Shown: positions 51,521 through 62,945, counted from the first letter of the stretch. The stretch: 64,000 bases of DNA from Candidatus Bathyarchaeota archaeon (GCA_963772455.1 CAVYXJ010000021.1:9110-73109); one strand, 5' to 3'. A program made the numbers and translations. The notes: generated by a model from the sequence alone, not told the origin.

Positions 51521-54404
51521 ATGAGCCAAACCAAGCATTTCGAGCAGAAATGGCAAGCCAAATGGGAAGACACCCATGTTTTCGATGCTGACCCTGATCC
51601 GAAAAGACATAAGGTAATGGTGACTTTTCCGTTTCCATATATGAATGGTCCATTGCATGTTGGGCACACTTTCACGGCTTCGCGTGTTGATGCTTATGCT
51701 CGGTTTAAGCGTATGCAGGGTTTCAATGTGCTTTGGCCCTGGGCCTGGCATTGGACAGGACAGCCGTTGCTTGGTGCAAGTCAACGGGTAGCAAGAGGCG
51801 ATGAAGCATACATCAAAGTCTTAAGAGAAGTCGATGGCGTACCTGAAACAGAACTCAAAAAATTCGTCGACCCCCTCTATATGGCTCAATATTACACCAA
51901 TGAAGGACGCTTAGCAGCAAAAAGTATCGGGTTTTCTGTTGATTGGCGACGCGAATTCACAACAGTAATGCCTACTTTCCAAAAATTTATTGAATGGCAA
52001 TACAAGAACCTTCACGAAAAAGGTTACGTTACCCGAGGCACACATCCAGTGGTTTGGTGCCCAAAAGACAAAAGCCCAACAGGTGACCACGACCGCCAAA
52101 ACGGCGAAGGCATCACCCCAGAAGAATATACATTAATAAAATACAAACTCGAAGACGGAACGATTCTGCCTGCCGCAACTTTTCGCCCTGAAACCATCTA
52201 TGGCATAACAAATATTTGGATTAACCCCAATGCAAACTATGTTGAAGCCACTGTAAATGGCGAAAACTGGATAATAAGTCAGGAAGCAGCTGAAAAACTT
52301 AAAGAACAAGAAAGAAAAATTGAGATAAAACGCATTTTCCAAGGCAAAGAACTCATTGGTAAAATCTTTGAGAATCCAGTTACCAAACTCAAGTTTCCAA
52401 TTTTACCCGGATGGTTTGTTGATCCAAAAACCGCTACCGGCGTGGTTTATAGTGTTCCAGCCCATGCACCTTTCGATTGGTTGGCTCTGAGGGATTTGCA
52501 ACAAAAACCAGAAGTTCTCGCTGAGTTTGGCGTAAACCCTCAAGTTGTTAAAGAAATTAAACCTGTTTCGATCATTAAAGTTGAAGGATTTGGCGATTTT
52601 CCAGCTGTTGAAATTGTAGATAAAATGGGCATAAAGGATCAGAACGATCCCAAGGGAGAGCAAGCTACCAAAGAATTGTATAAAAAAGAATTCCATGGAG
52701 GCGTCTTAAAAGAAAGCTGTGGTCCATACGCTGGCAAAAGTGTGCGAGAAGTCAAAGATATTTTGATAAAAGACTTCAAAGAAATGGGAGTTGCTGATTC
52801 CATGTATGATTTATCTGAGCCAGTTGTATGTCGATGCATGACCCCGTGCATTGTAAAAATTCTTTCAGACCAATGGTTCCTAAACTACTCGGATGCAGAA
52901 TGGAAAACCAAAGCTAAAGAAGTAATTGCTCAAATGAATGTTTATCCTGATTCAGCCAAACCTTGGTTTAACACGGTTATCGATTGGCTTCGTGAATGGG
53001 CATGCGCAAGAACCACAGGTTTTGGAACTCCACTGCCTTGGGGTAAAGGCTGGATTATCGAAACCCTAAGCGACTCAACGGTTTACATGACCTTCTACAC
53101 TATAAATAAACATATACAACAAAATGGCATCAAGGCTGAATCGTTGATCCCTGAAGTTTTTGACTACATCTTCTACGGAAAAGGAAACCTCGCAGACCTA
53201 TCAAAAACCGTTGGAATCCAAACTCATTTGCTTGAGGAGATGCGATCTGAATTCCTTTATTGGTACCCCTTCGATTTACGAAATTCAGCTAAAGAATTGG
53301 TCCCAAACCATCTCTCATTCTGTATATTCCATCATGCAGCCTTATTCCCGCCTGAACACTGGCCAAAAGGAATCGGCGTTAATGGTATGCTGATGGTTGA
53401 AGGGCAAGGAATGCACAAGAGCAAAGGCAACTTCATAACTATGAAAGGCGCCGTCGAAAAATACGGTGCAGACGCAACCCGGTGTGGCTTACTTTTGGGT
53501 GCTGAAGGTATGGATGATCCAGATTGGCGAGCTGAAAACATAAGCGATTTGAAAACAAAGTTTGAAAGCTTAATCGGGTTTGCAAGTTCAATAATTTCAT
53601 GTTCTAAAAAAGAAGAAGACACAATGTTAGAGCGTTGGCTAATGAGTAAGCTCCAAAGCCGCATAAAAGAAGTAACTGAAAGCTTAGAGGAACTTAAAAC
53701 TCGAACTGCACTGCAAGTTGCGTTGTTTGAGACGTGGAATGATTTGCGCTGGTACATTCAACGAAAAGGAAATACCGAGGCCAAAGCATTAGGTGAGGCT
53801 TTAAAGATTTGGTTAAAGATGCTTGCTCCTTTTGCACCTTTCCTATGTGAGGAACTCTGGAGCCAAACAGACGAAAAATATTTCATAAGCGTTGCAGAAT
53901 GGCCAAAGTTTGACTCCACAAAAATAGATGTAGCAGCCGAAGAGCAAGAAACCCTGATTACAGACATAATGACTGACACAACAAATATTCTGAAAGCCAC
54001 AAAAATAGTTCCCAAACGCATATGCTTCTACACAACAGCATCCTGGAAATGGAAAGTTTATCTAAAAATCCTTGATAAAACGATTTCTGGCGAAGCCAAA
54101 ATCGGAGAGTTAATGAAGGAATTCGCCGCTGACATAGATTTAAAACTCCACATGAAAGAAATTGCAGGTCTGGTTCCTAGAATAATTAAGACCTTAACCA
54201 AGGTCTCAGGTGAACGGAAAGCGAATATGCAACAGATCAAAGATCGTTGATGAACAAACGATTTTGACATCTGCCGTTGGCTTTTTAGGAACACGTTTTA
54301 ACGCTGAAGTTATGGTCTACAGGGAAGATGACACTGAACGTTTTGACCCCAAAAACCGTGCATCAATGGCAATGCCCTATCAACCTGCAATCTACATCGA
54401 GTAA
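51521..54404 (+). CDS. leuS: Leucine--tRNA ligase (frameshift near 54240)
   Basis: FPYMNGPLHVGH, ATFRPET, SVPAHAP.D, LSDST.Y, MHKSKGN; C-terminal PAIYIE in next frame. Confidence 0.96.
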
Positions 54405-54442
54405 AATTAAATTTTATAAAGGGCACCAATCCAATTGATTGC

Positions 54443-55009
54443 ATGGAACATTTCGTAGCATTCATAAGAGGCATTAACGTTGGAGGACGCATCGTTCTTA
54501 AAGAAACACTTAAAGAAGCCTTCACGTCACTGGGTTTCCAAGACGTTTCAACATTCAAGCAAAGCGGCAATGTGATTTTTAAAACTGAAATCGTCAGCTC
54601 CAAAGAGATTGAAGATAAAATCACAAATAAGCTTTGCAAGATGTTGGGCTATGAAGTTTCTGTGTTCGTCCGCTCTTTTTCACAACTTAAAAGCATAGTC
54701 GAACAGGATGCATTCAAAGGCAATGAAAAGGAAGGCACAAGTTTTCTTGTAACTTTTTTCGCAGCCCTTCCAGCTAATTTTCCTTTGCAGTTGCCTCTGA
54801 CAATTCCAAAGTCTACCGCCCAAGTAATTTCAACGAAGGGCACTGAGGTTTTCAGTGTAACACATGGTGGCGGCGAAGGTGCGTTGCCAAATCCTTTTTT
54901 GGAGTCAAAACTAAAGGTAAAAGCGACCACTCGAAACATTAACACAATTAGAGAAATAGTTGAAAAATTTGATTCTGCAAAAAATAGTTCAAACCAAGTA
55001 ATGAAATAA
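54443..55009 (+). CDS. DUF1697 family protein
   Basis: RGINVGG, QSGNV.F, T.RN.NT. Confidence 0.9.
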   Translation: MEHFVAFIRGINVGGRIVLKETLKEAFTSLGFQDVSTFKQSGNVIFKTEIVSSKEIEDKITNKLCKMLGYEVSVFVRSFSQLKSIVEQDAFKGNEKEGTSFLVTFFAALPANFPLQLPLTIPKSTAQVISTKGTEVFSVTHGGGEGALPNPFLESKLKVKATTRNINTIREIVEKFDSAKNSSNQVMK

Positions 55010-55112
55010 AGAAAGATAAGGTTACTTCAGATTTGCTTGGGAAATAAGTTAAAGCTAAATATATTCTCTGAAGCTAATATTTTAGGAACAGACTCAAAAT
55101 AGAGTTAGAAAA

Positions 55113-55412
55113 ATGAAAACCAATGAAGACATAAAAGCAAAATTGGAAGCTCTCAAACCACTATTAAAAGAGAGATACCAAGTTGAAACTTTAGGTTTTT
55201 TTGGTTCCTATGCTCGCGGAGAACAAAAGAAAAAAAGTGACATAGATGTCCTTGTGGAATTTTCTGAGACAAACTCGATTGATCTTATTGATTTCATCGA
55301 ACTTGAAGAATTCATCAGTAAAAAACTCGGTATCAAAGTTGATCTAGTTACAAAAAGCGCGTTGAAACCGATGATTAAAGAGCAGATATTAAAAGAGACG
55401 ATTTATGCTTGA
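55113..55412 (+). CDS. Minimal nucleotidyltransferase (MNT antitoxin-type)
   Basis: FGSYARGE....SDIDVLV...KVDLV. Confidence 0.9.
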   Translation: MKTNEDIKAKLEALKPLLKERYQVETLGFFGSYARGEQKKKSDIDVLVEFSETNSIDLIDFIELEEFISKKLGIKVDLVTKSALKPMIKEQILKETIYA

Positions 55413-55460
55413 AAGATAAGAATATTTTAGACAAATAATAATTCTATCACGATGTGCTAA

Positions 55461-56456
55461 ATGTTGCCGAGTCTAATTGATCCTTTGAAAGTTAAATCGT
55501 ACACTCTTCGGAACCGTATTGTTTTGCCGCCTATGCAGACGGGAAGGGCAAGTTTTGGAGGTGAAGTAACCAATAGGTTAATCAACTTTTATGTTCGACG
55601 ATCAACTAATTGCGGTTTACCAATAGTTGAACATTCATTTGTTTCGCCAACAGGCAAGATAGGACCCAAGCAATTAGCTATCAATAGCGACTCAGCAATT
55701 GTTGGATTCGACAAGGCTTGCAAACGCACTGCATGCCGTGGGGGCTCTTGCAGTTGTTCAGATTTCTCATGCAGGTGGAGTAACAAACAAAAGAGTCATT
55801 GGAATACAACCCGCAGGTCCCTCTCCAAGGGAAAAAAGCCGAATGTTAGAAACAAGTGAAATCTTGGCTATTGTTGACGATTTCGGTTTGGCAGCTGAGC
55901 GGGCGGTTAAAGCGGGGTTTGATGGAGTTGAACTTCATGGCGCTCATGGTTACTTACTAAATCAATTTTTCTCGCCATTATTTAACAAGCGCGAAGATGA
56001 GTTTGGTGGTTCTCTGGAAAAACGGATGCGGCTTCCTTTGTTGATCGTTGAAAAGGTACGCAGAATCCTTGGCGATAGGCTTTTACTCTACAGGTTGGGT
56101 TCAGATGATTTAGCGCCAAATGGAACGCATATTGAAGATTCAATCGCTTTTGCCAAGAAACTTGAAGGGTCGGGAGTGGATGTACTTGATGTGTCAGGTG
56201 GGATGTGTGGAAGCAGCCAAGACAACTTCGGCAAATTAAGGGGTACTTTATTCCGCAGGCAAGCGAGATTAAGAAAGCTGTAAAAGTTCCAGTTATCGGC
56301 GTAGGTGGAATCACCGAAGCAGAATTCGCAGACAAGCTGGTAAATGAAGGAAAAGTTGATTTGGTAGCGGTGGGCAGAGCATTTTGGACAGATTCGCAAT
56401 GGGCAGAAAAAGCATTAGAAACTCTAAAAACTGCCAAATTCACCGATAATTCTTAA
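55461..56456 (+). CDS. NADH:flavin oxidoreductase (old yellow enzyme family), two frameshifts
   Basis: LRNRIV.PPM, QISHAG, AGFDGVELHGAHGYLL.QF, VIGVGGI, DLVAVGR. Confidence 0.88.
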
Positions 56457-56580
56457 TCAATAACAAAACCCTTATGCTTAAGAACACAATATTATTTTCG
56501 AAAGAGGATGATAAGCTTTTAGCCCTAAAAAAAGAGCCCCAAGAAATGCAAAAAGCCGAGGAAGAGGCATTGCGTACCCC

Positions 56581-56757
56581 ATGGAAATTGGAGAAGAATT
56601 TGAAGTAGACATAATAGACATGAGTCCAAACGGGGAGGGCGTCGCCAAAATCAAAGGTTTTCCGGTCTTCATTAAAAATGCAAAAGCTAACGAACATGTA
56701 AAAATTAGGATAACAAACCTAATTAGCGGTTGCGCAGACGCAGAAGTTGTTCCTTAA
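56581..56757 (+). CDS. Single-TRAM-domain protein
   Basis: Missing from ORF track; GEEFEVDIIDMSPNGEGVAKIKGFPVFI. Confidence 0.8.
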   Translation: MEIGEEFEVDIIDMSPNGEGVAKIKGFPVFIKNAKANEHVKIRITNLISGCADAEVVP

Positions 56758-56859
56758 CAGAACTCAACTTTTTCTTTTTTGTTCTTAACTTAATTCTTTG
56801 ATTGGATTTAACCTCATTTTATTAAATTTTTATGCCAAAGAGAGAGGCCGCCGCAACTT

Positions 56860-57960
56860 TTAGATTTGAGTCATTCCTGATTCCTGTTTTCCAAAAAGGG
56901 CATCCGAAGAAAGCCCGCCACTTACCAGCTGTTTGAGCCCAGTGAACTGAAGTAGGGGGTATCCGACTAGAACTTGGCACCAGAATGTTAGAATTCTCGA
57001 CATGGTTGTGGCTGCTCCAGCAATCACCAATGGCACATTCAAAGCAGAATAGAGATTAATCATTGTGATTTCAACTGCTCCGACAGGGAACCCCGAAGTT
57101 AAGGTTTCAACTGTAGATGAAACGAAATAGACTACTGCCAATGAGGGTAATGTTATGTCTTTGAAATTTAGCGCATAAAATACCATCATGTAAATAAATA
57201 GAATGAAAAGATAGCTTATCACAGCGAAAATTGTGGGTTTTATTAGAAGTTTAGGATTCTTTTTGTAAGTTCTGAATGCTTCAGTAAATGAAAATATTGT
57301 AGTTTGAATTTTCTCTTTTCTCTGTTCCAGTTTAGTTGGGTTTTTCGTAATTATCTTCAAAAGTCGCGTAATAAAATTAACCATTTTCATGTCGGCGCCA
57401 TCCTTAACGGCAATGTAAAAAAACAAGCCTAAGGCGCCAACAGTTCCAAATGAAATTAGTAAAAGGGTTCCAAGCAAGTAAAACGGCAACTGCCCTCCCG
57501 ATGCTAAAAGGATTGATCCAACTAACAAGCCAGCAGTATAAACAACTGTGCTAATTATTCGCGAAGTGACAACGGGTGCAGCAGACAATCCAACATTGCT
57601 TTTTGTGTCTTTTTGAATCAAGTATATTCGTGTTACTTCGCCGCAAACAGTCTCACATGGAATCACCATTTCTACAAAGTTACCAATCCAGTTGTAGAGG
57701 ACCATTTTTGTAAGTTTTATTTTCACTTTTAGTCCTTCAAGAAGATAATAACATATTACTGAATCAAAAAAAACCATCAGGACAAGCGAGATGATCGCCA
57801 GAGAGAAATAAATCGAGTATTGCTCGAGGTTTAGAGAGGTCATTAGAGTAACTAATGAATCAAACTTTACAAAAAAAGCCAAGTATGCAATGAAAGCTAC
57901 TAAGCCTATTATCATGAAAAATGAGTTTTTGTGTTTGCTGATAATTCCTGGCAACTTCAA
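56860..57960 (-). CDS. UPF0104/LPG-synthase TM (flippase-like) protein
   Basis: GNFVE..IP....GE..R, GFPVGAVE, RILTFW. Confidence 0.82.
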   Translation of the reverse strand: MKLPGIISKHKNSFFMIIGLVAFIAYLAFFVKFDSLVTLMTSLNLEQYSIYFSLAIISLVLMVFFDSVICYYLLEGLKVKIKLTKMVLYNWIGNFVEMVIPCETVCGEVTRIYLIQKDTKSNVGLSAAPVVTSRIISTVVYTAGLLVGSILLASGGQLPFYLLGTLLLISFGTVGALGLFFYIAVKDGADMKMVNFITRLLKIITKNPTKLEQRKEKIQTTIFSFTEAFRTYKKNPKLLIKPTIFAVISYLFILFIYMMVFYALNFKDITLPSLAVVYFVSSTVETLTSGFPVGAVEITMINLYSALNVPLVIAGAATTMSRILTFWCQVLVGYPLLQFTGLKQLVSGGLSSDALFGKQESGMTQI

Positions 57961-58142
57961 TGGATTTCAATCCTTGTTTTTGTCTTGACTAAAATTCTAG
58001 AAGGCTCTTTGCTATTCTTTGGACCTTCTTGACTTGATAATAAAATTAGCAAATATCTATTATTTGTATGTTACGAATCCATGGCGCTATTTTTACCAAA
58101 TATGGGTTGAGATGATTAAGGATACTGCTGGAATTTAGCTTG

Positions 58143-58721
58143 CTAAGCTTTTATTGTTTTTTTAGGTCGTATCACAGTGTTTTTAATGATTGTGGGTTTT
58201 TCTTCTTTTTTTGTGGGTGACTCAATTCGGACTGGAAATACTGAATAACTTAGGCAAAGTTTGAATGGCGTTTGGAGCATGTTCCAAATCTTGTTTAAAT
58301 CATCAATTGAAAGTGTATCTAATGTGATTTTGAGTTCTTCGCCGCTTCCAACTAAACTACCTTGTAAGTCGGATTCTCTTAGAATAGGTGTTTCTGCAAG
58401 TAGTTGCATTATTTTTCCAAGAATAATTTGATCAGTTTCAGCTTTTTGAGTTAGGGGTGTTATTAAGTAATTTAATTTTAGGTGTAGGAGTGTGGGTGGA
58501 TTTTGTGTTTGAGGTTGGTTGCGCATACTGGATAATTCAGTTACGTTATACAAAAAGACAGAGATTTGGGTTGATTCAGCTTGGACCTCTTTGGGTGATT
58601 GATGGCTGATTTGTCGTTGATTTCGGATTATGGCAGTTATTTGTGGGTCATCTTTAATGCCATTCCATATGTGGGTGGCAAGTGTTTTGCTAACACTGTT
58701 TAGATTGTTGTAGCTGCTCAT
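58143..58721 (-). CDS. DUF4255 (Pvc16/Afp16-like) tail terminator/cap protein
   Basis: ISVFLYNV.E...RN...L.L.YLITP...ILG.IMQ.L...PIL...L.KIW..L. Confidence 0.85.
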   Translation of the reverse strand: MSSYNNLNSVSKTLATHIWNGIKDDPQITAIIRNQRQISHQSPKEVQAESTQISVFLYNVTELSSMRNQPQTQNPPTLLHLKLNYLITPLTQKAETDQIILGKIMQLLAETPILRESDLQGSLVGSGEELKITLDTLSIDDLNKIWNMLQTPFKLCLSYSVFPVRIESPTKKEEKPTIIKNTVIRPKKTIKA

Positions 58722-58740
58722 TTTTTATTCCTGCAGTAAA

Positions 58741-59193
58741 TTATTTTGATCGTTGCATCGATTCAAAGACTATTTCTAAAGTCTCAATTGCTATTTCGTT
58801 TCCTTTTGCGTTCAAGTCTGGTCCTTTATATTTGCTTGGCCAAGCATTTGTAAAATCCCATCTTGCAGCATCGTTGCCTTCTTCATCAATAAGAATTACA
58901 GACATGTTTCTTCGAACCGTACTGAGTTTTCCTTGCTCAACCATTTTACGCCAATTGTAAAGCTCCATAGAAGCAGTGAGACCCCATTTCAAAACAAGAT
59001 TCCCACAGGTTACTAGCCCCGATTGTTTTCGAACGTTAAGCAATGGTTCTATTCCCTCTCGTACTTCAATAACTTGGCTGGTTGAATCTGGAAGGGTAAC
59101 TTCACTAAAGTTAGCTTGAGTAACCCCACTTATTTCAACTCTAAATCGGTAATTTCCAAACGGATCTTTTCTTTGTGTTGATTTCGCTGACAT
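58741..59193 (-). CDS. T4 gp19-like tail tube protein (eCIS Afp1/5-type)
   Basis: DPF..YRF.VEI.G, REG, RK..G, L.LK.G, L..W, AWP.KY.GP.LNA..NE.AIE.LE. Confidence 0.92.
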   Translation of the reverse strand: MSAKSTQRKDPFGNYRFRVEISGVTQANFSEVTLPDSTSQVIEVREGIEPLLNVRKQSGLVTCGNLVLKWGLTASMELYNWRKMVEQGKLSTVRRNMSVILIDEEGNDAARWDFTNAWPSKYKGPDLNAKGNEIAIETLEIVFESMQRSK

Positions 59194-59329
59194 AAGTTAA
59201 CCTCTTTTAATTTTTTGTTAGGTTTTTTTGCCTACAGTTTTAGGTAGAGCAAACTTGCAATGTGATAACTATCAAACTTGTAACTATTAAATCTTAATAA
59301 ACCTTGTACTTTTAACAGGTTTTATTCTT

Positions 59330-59718
59330 TTAATGTTCGTGTTCGTGGTGATGGGCGTGTTCGCATCCACCCACAAGTTCTTTGAGTTTGCCTTCTTTGA
59401 AGGATTCAACATTACCCTTCACAGTATCTTCAGTGGCTTTTAAAACTGTAATTCCGGCATTTTGGAAAGTGCTCAATGCGCCTGGCCCCATTGCATAAGC
59501 TATTACAATATTTGGTTTCAGTGCAAGAAGCTTTCATGTGAGTGCCCTGGGGGGCCGCCCATGTGTTCGCTTTTATTGGGTTCAATTTTGACTTTTAGGG
59601 TTTTTTGGTTTTCGTCAAATTCCACTAAAGCAAAGTAAGGTGCTCTTCCAAAGTGCTGTGCTACTTTAGCTTCTAATCCGTATTCGTCTTCAACTGGCAT
59701 CATTATTCTTTTAGCCAT
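59330..59718 (-). CDS. NifB/NifX-family metal-cluster-binding protein with His-rich tail (one frameshift)
   Basis: HFGRAPYF, GMG-like AMGPGA, end GCEHAHHHEHEH*. Confidence 0.85.
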
Positions 59719-59804
59719 TTTCCGTAAACTCTTTTTTTTCTTGATTAGATCTTAATGAATTGAAAAATGAAAGAATAGAAAAAAAGTCTATTCTATTTAG
59801 TCCC

Positions 59805-60242
59805 TTATTTGAAGTTCAGTTCAAAGCTTATTGGAACAGCTTCGCCCCAGGATTGCCGAATTGGACATATCTTCTGAGCCATTGCATAGACCGTGGTGGC
59901 TTTCTTGCGTTCCCGTTCATTATCATTTTCCAAGCCAACGTTCATGTTGAAGTGTACGTTTGTGAAAATCAGTTTCTCCATACCTTCCACTTTCATTTGG
60001 ACGTTTGCAATGGTTTCCAAATTTTTAAGTCCCAACTGACTATTCTTAGCAATTAACATAAACAGCGTATTGATGCATGAGGCAAGAGCCGCGGCGAATA
60101 TGTCTTCTGGTACGCAGTAGCCTTCTTTACCTCCAAACGATGGCGGTGGACTTACAGTCACGAGTTTTTGGCCTTTTATGGAAAGTTCGCATTCTGTTGC
60201 GCCTTTCCAAGTGGCAGTTCCTTCAAAATTCATATCTGGCAT
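59805..60242 (-). CDS. OsmC-family protein
   Basis: PPSFGG...PED.F.AALASC...CPI. Confidence 0.88.
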   Translation of the reverse strand: MPDMNFEGTATWKGATECELSIKGQKLVTVSPPPSFGGKEGYCVPEDIFAAALASCINTLFMLIAKNSQLGLKNLETIANVQMKVEGMEKLIFTNVHFNMNVGLENDNERERKKATTVYAMAQKICPIRQSWGEAVPISFELNFK

Positions 60243-60336
60243 AAAATCACTGGGTAATTATCGATTAGGTGGAAATTTAATGTTTTGGGACTTTATCGAA
60301 GAATAGGTTAAGACTTTCTTTAGTGCTATGCAGCTC

Positions 60337-60804
60337 TTAGGTTTTAGGATTTATTTCATAGACCATGTCACAGTCGCCTACTTGACCTGGTTTGCGGATT
60401 TCTTTCAAACGGACATTTCTGATTTTTAGGTTCTCTGCCAGTGCTCCTACTGGGAATAAGGAAATAGCACAAGCCGGCATGATTCCGAATTTTTCTTTAA
60501 CGAGTTTACCGTGGCAAATGTAGCACCCTCGGAATTTTAAAATGAATTCTTGCGGCTGCTTTTCCAAAGTTACGCTTTTGGCAATCTTTAGGTCGTTTTG
60601 AAGGTAGGTTGCAATCTTCTCCATTAACGCGTCTGGCGTTTGGGCTGGAGGCATTGATTTGCCCCATGCTTTTCCCAATGACATGCTAGCTTTAGCAAAA
60701 ACCTTTTGATTTTCCTCTCCTAAGGCTCCTTGAATTGAACACATAATTTCAAGAACAGGCTTTTGTGGAATCATTTTATCTTCAGTCATTCTTTTTCCTC
60801 TCAA
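60337..60804 (-). CDS. V4R/methanogen-output-domain-like protein
   Basis: LG..WG, CYIC, PAC, terminal C. Confidence 0.5.
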   Translation of the reverse strand: MRGKRMTEDKMIPQKPVLEIMCSIQGALGEENQKVFAKASMSLGKAWGKSMPPAQTPDALMEKIATYLQNDLKIAKSVTLEKQPQEFILKFRGCYICHGKLVKEKFGIMPACAISLFPVGALAENLKIRNVRLKEIRKPGQVGDCDMVYEINPKT

Positions 60805-60991
60805 AACTTATTTCTGTATTCAACAAGATTTCGAATGCTTAAGGCTTTTGTTCTTTCAAATTCATGGTGGAAGAAACTGTCTCAAGAATAACCGTATGGA
60901 AACAACTTCCTTTTTTGTTATTTTGGCGCCTTCTCTCCTTAAGTTAGAAGATAGCAATCTTTAATTTCGAGTTTTAATTAACCCTAATTTC

Positions 60992-61734
60992 GTGCGAGAA
61001 AATCACTTTCTTGTTCTAATATCTTTGGCCATTTTGTTACTCTTAGCTAACTTTTTAGATACGTCCAGTACTGCACAAATGATGACTCCCCCTCCTACTT
61101 CTACTCCCACGACAAATAACTCGAGCATTTCATTTGTTTTGATAGGGGTTGCAATCATTGTATCTGTAGCCTTTGTTGTCATTTACTTTTTCTATTCAAG
61201 AAACAAAAATAAAAAAATGGACAGATTTTCTGAATCCAAATCGACAATCAGAGCAAGTCAACCAACAGCTGATTCAAAAATAGATATTATCAAAAAAGTT
61301 TCAAGACCTTTCGATGTCTTTCTATGCTACAAAAAGAGTCAGGAAAAGACTACGCGGATCATTTGAAAGTAGGTTTAGAAGAGCTTGGATTACACTCATT
61401 CGAAGACTGTAAAGACATCCCTCGAACTGTTGATAATGAAGATGGCTGGGCATGTGATCGCGATAAAGCGTTGGAGGAAAGCAAGTATTTTGTCCTTGTC
61501 ATAACTCCTGGCTTTAATTTGTCATCTGAAATTGTTAAAGAAATAGGCATGGCAAGAAAACAAGGTAACAAGACATTTGTTTTCTTTAGACATCGGAGCA
61601 TGGGTAGAAATATAGTTGTTAATTTGGGAGATGAAGTTTTGGATATTGGAAAGCTTGAACAAGTGTCTTTTGAGACCAAAGAGGAGCTGTTACGGCTTGC
61701 GCATGATATCCTTTTAAAATCTAAGACTCCGTAG
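60992..61734 (+). CDS. Membrane-anchored TIR-domain protein (frameshift in A-run ~61331-61335)
   Basis: Signal peptide, PT linker, TM, then FDVFLCY / DYADHL..GL...F.D...ALEES..FVLVITP.F..S....KEI..A. Confidence 0.75.
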
Positions 61735-61944
61735 GTTCTTAACATATAATTTGATTGAAGAGTTGCTATGGAGCTTTGGTGTTTTTCTTGTATGGCTTAA
61801 AACCTGCTTCTTTTCCATGGTTTTCAGAATTGTTGTAGGAAAGACCTATAAGCCTGTTATAACCATCTATTAGAATATTAGAATATGTATGGTCGTTAAG
61901 GTTGAAACTAAAACAAAACCAAACTAACTTAACCCTTCACGAGC

Positions 61945-61973
61945 GTTTCAAAAACTGTTTCACGACTGTTTCA
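61945..61973 (+). promoter_or_regulatory. Tandem direct repeats at about one helical turn spacing
   Basis: GTTTCA at 61945, 61957 and 61968; ACTGTTTCA repeated exactly at 11 bp. Confidence 0.45.
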
Positions 61974-62033
61974 GCCAACTATCATATCATTCGAATACCA
62001 TAATATTTATCAGATAAAATCGGAGGTAAAAAA

Positions 62034-62882
62034 ATGAAAAACTATAAAATATTAACCATAACGGGCATAGTGCTCGTTGCAGCTTTGCTGCTTGTTTCAA
62101 CGGTAGCCGCAATGGGGCCATTTGGTTCCAACTTTTTAGGCGGCTTTGGCGGCATGATGGGAGGTAGCAACGGTGGAGGAATGATGGGAGGCTACGGATA
62201 CGGCTACAACGGTTCTCCGTATACAAACCAACCCAGTACAACCACACCCCAAACCCAATACTACCAACCAGTCTACCCCTCTATGTTCGGTGGAATGATG
62301 GGTAGAATGGGTAGCGGTCACGGCTTTGGCGGAATGATGAGCGGTTACGGATACTCAGCCCCATACGCTTACACTGGAACACCACTTACAATAACCCAAG
62401 CAAAAACAATAGCCCAAAACTATGTAACTTCAATCAGCAACCCAGACCTAACAGTTAAGCAAATAGAAGAATACACAAACAACTTCTACGTCCAAGTCAA
62501 CGAAGTAAGCACAGGAAAAGGAGCATTCGAGCTACTAATTAACAAATACACTGGCAGCATCTATCCTGAGATGGGTCCCAACATGATGTGGAACACAAAG
62601 TACGGAATGATGCGCGGAGGAATCTTGGGCGGAATATATGGAACACCAAGCACAACTATGACAGTAACTCCAGCTCAGGCAACAACTGACGCACAAACAT
62701 ACCTAAACAGCTACATATCTGGCGCAACAACAGGCGACGTCAACACGTTCTATGGATACTACACAATCGAAGTTCTAAGCGGAACAACAACCTATGGCAT
62801 GTTAAGCGTCAACGGCTATAGCGGCCAAGTCTGGTTCCACACCTGGCATGGAACATTCATCGCTGAATTGCCAGTGAGCTAA
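62034..62882 (+). CDS. Secreted GGMMG-rich protein with PepSY-like domains
   Basis: Signal peptide; repeated GGMMG; GAFELL...PEMGPNMMWNTKYG...GMLSVN.YSG.VW.H.WHG. Confidence 0.75.
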   Translation: MKNYKILTITGIVLVAALLLVSTVAAMGPFGSNFLGGFGGMMGGSNGGGMMGGYGYGYNGSPYTNQPSTTTPQTQYYQPVYPSMFGGMMGRMGSGHGFGGMMSGYGYSAPYAYTGTPLTITQAKTIAQNYVTSISNPDLTVKQIEEYTNNFYVQVNEVSTGKGAFELLINKYTGSIYPEMGPNMMWNTKYGMMRGGILGGIYGTPSTTMTVTPAQATTDAQTYLNSYISGATTGDVNTFYGYYTIEVLSGTTTYGMLSVNGYSGQVWFHTWHGTFIAELPVS

Positions 62883-62945
62883 AACCGGTGAAACCAAACA
62901 AACTTTCTCTTTCTTTTTTGTTTATTTTAAATTTAAAAGGTTGGT

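Noticed and set aside
58143-59193. Prophage
   Set aside because: No capsid, terminase, portal or integrase nearby; flanks are cellular genes
59330-59718. Nitrogen fixation
   Set aside because: NifB/NifX-like domains are widespread in non-diazotrophic archaea; no nif genes in the window
2976-61734. Frequent frameshifts as programmed frameshifting, phase variation or mass pseudogenisation
   Set aside because: Isolated single-base indels hit unrelated genes, including essential leuS, with no accompanying nonsense decay; best explained as long-read consensus errors
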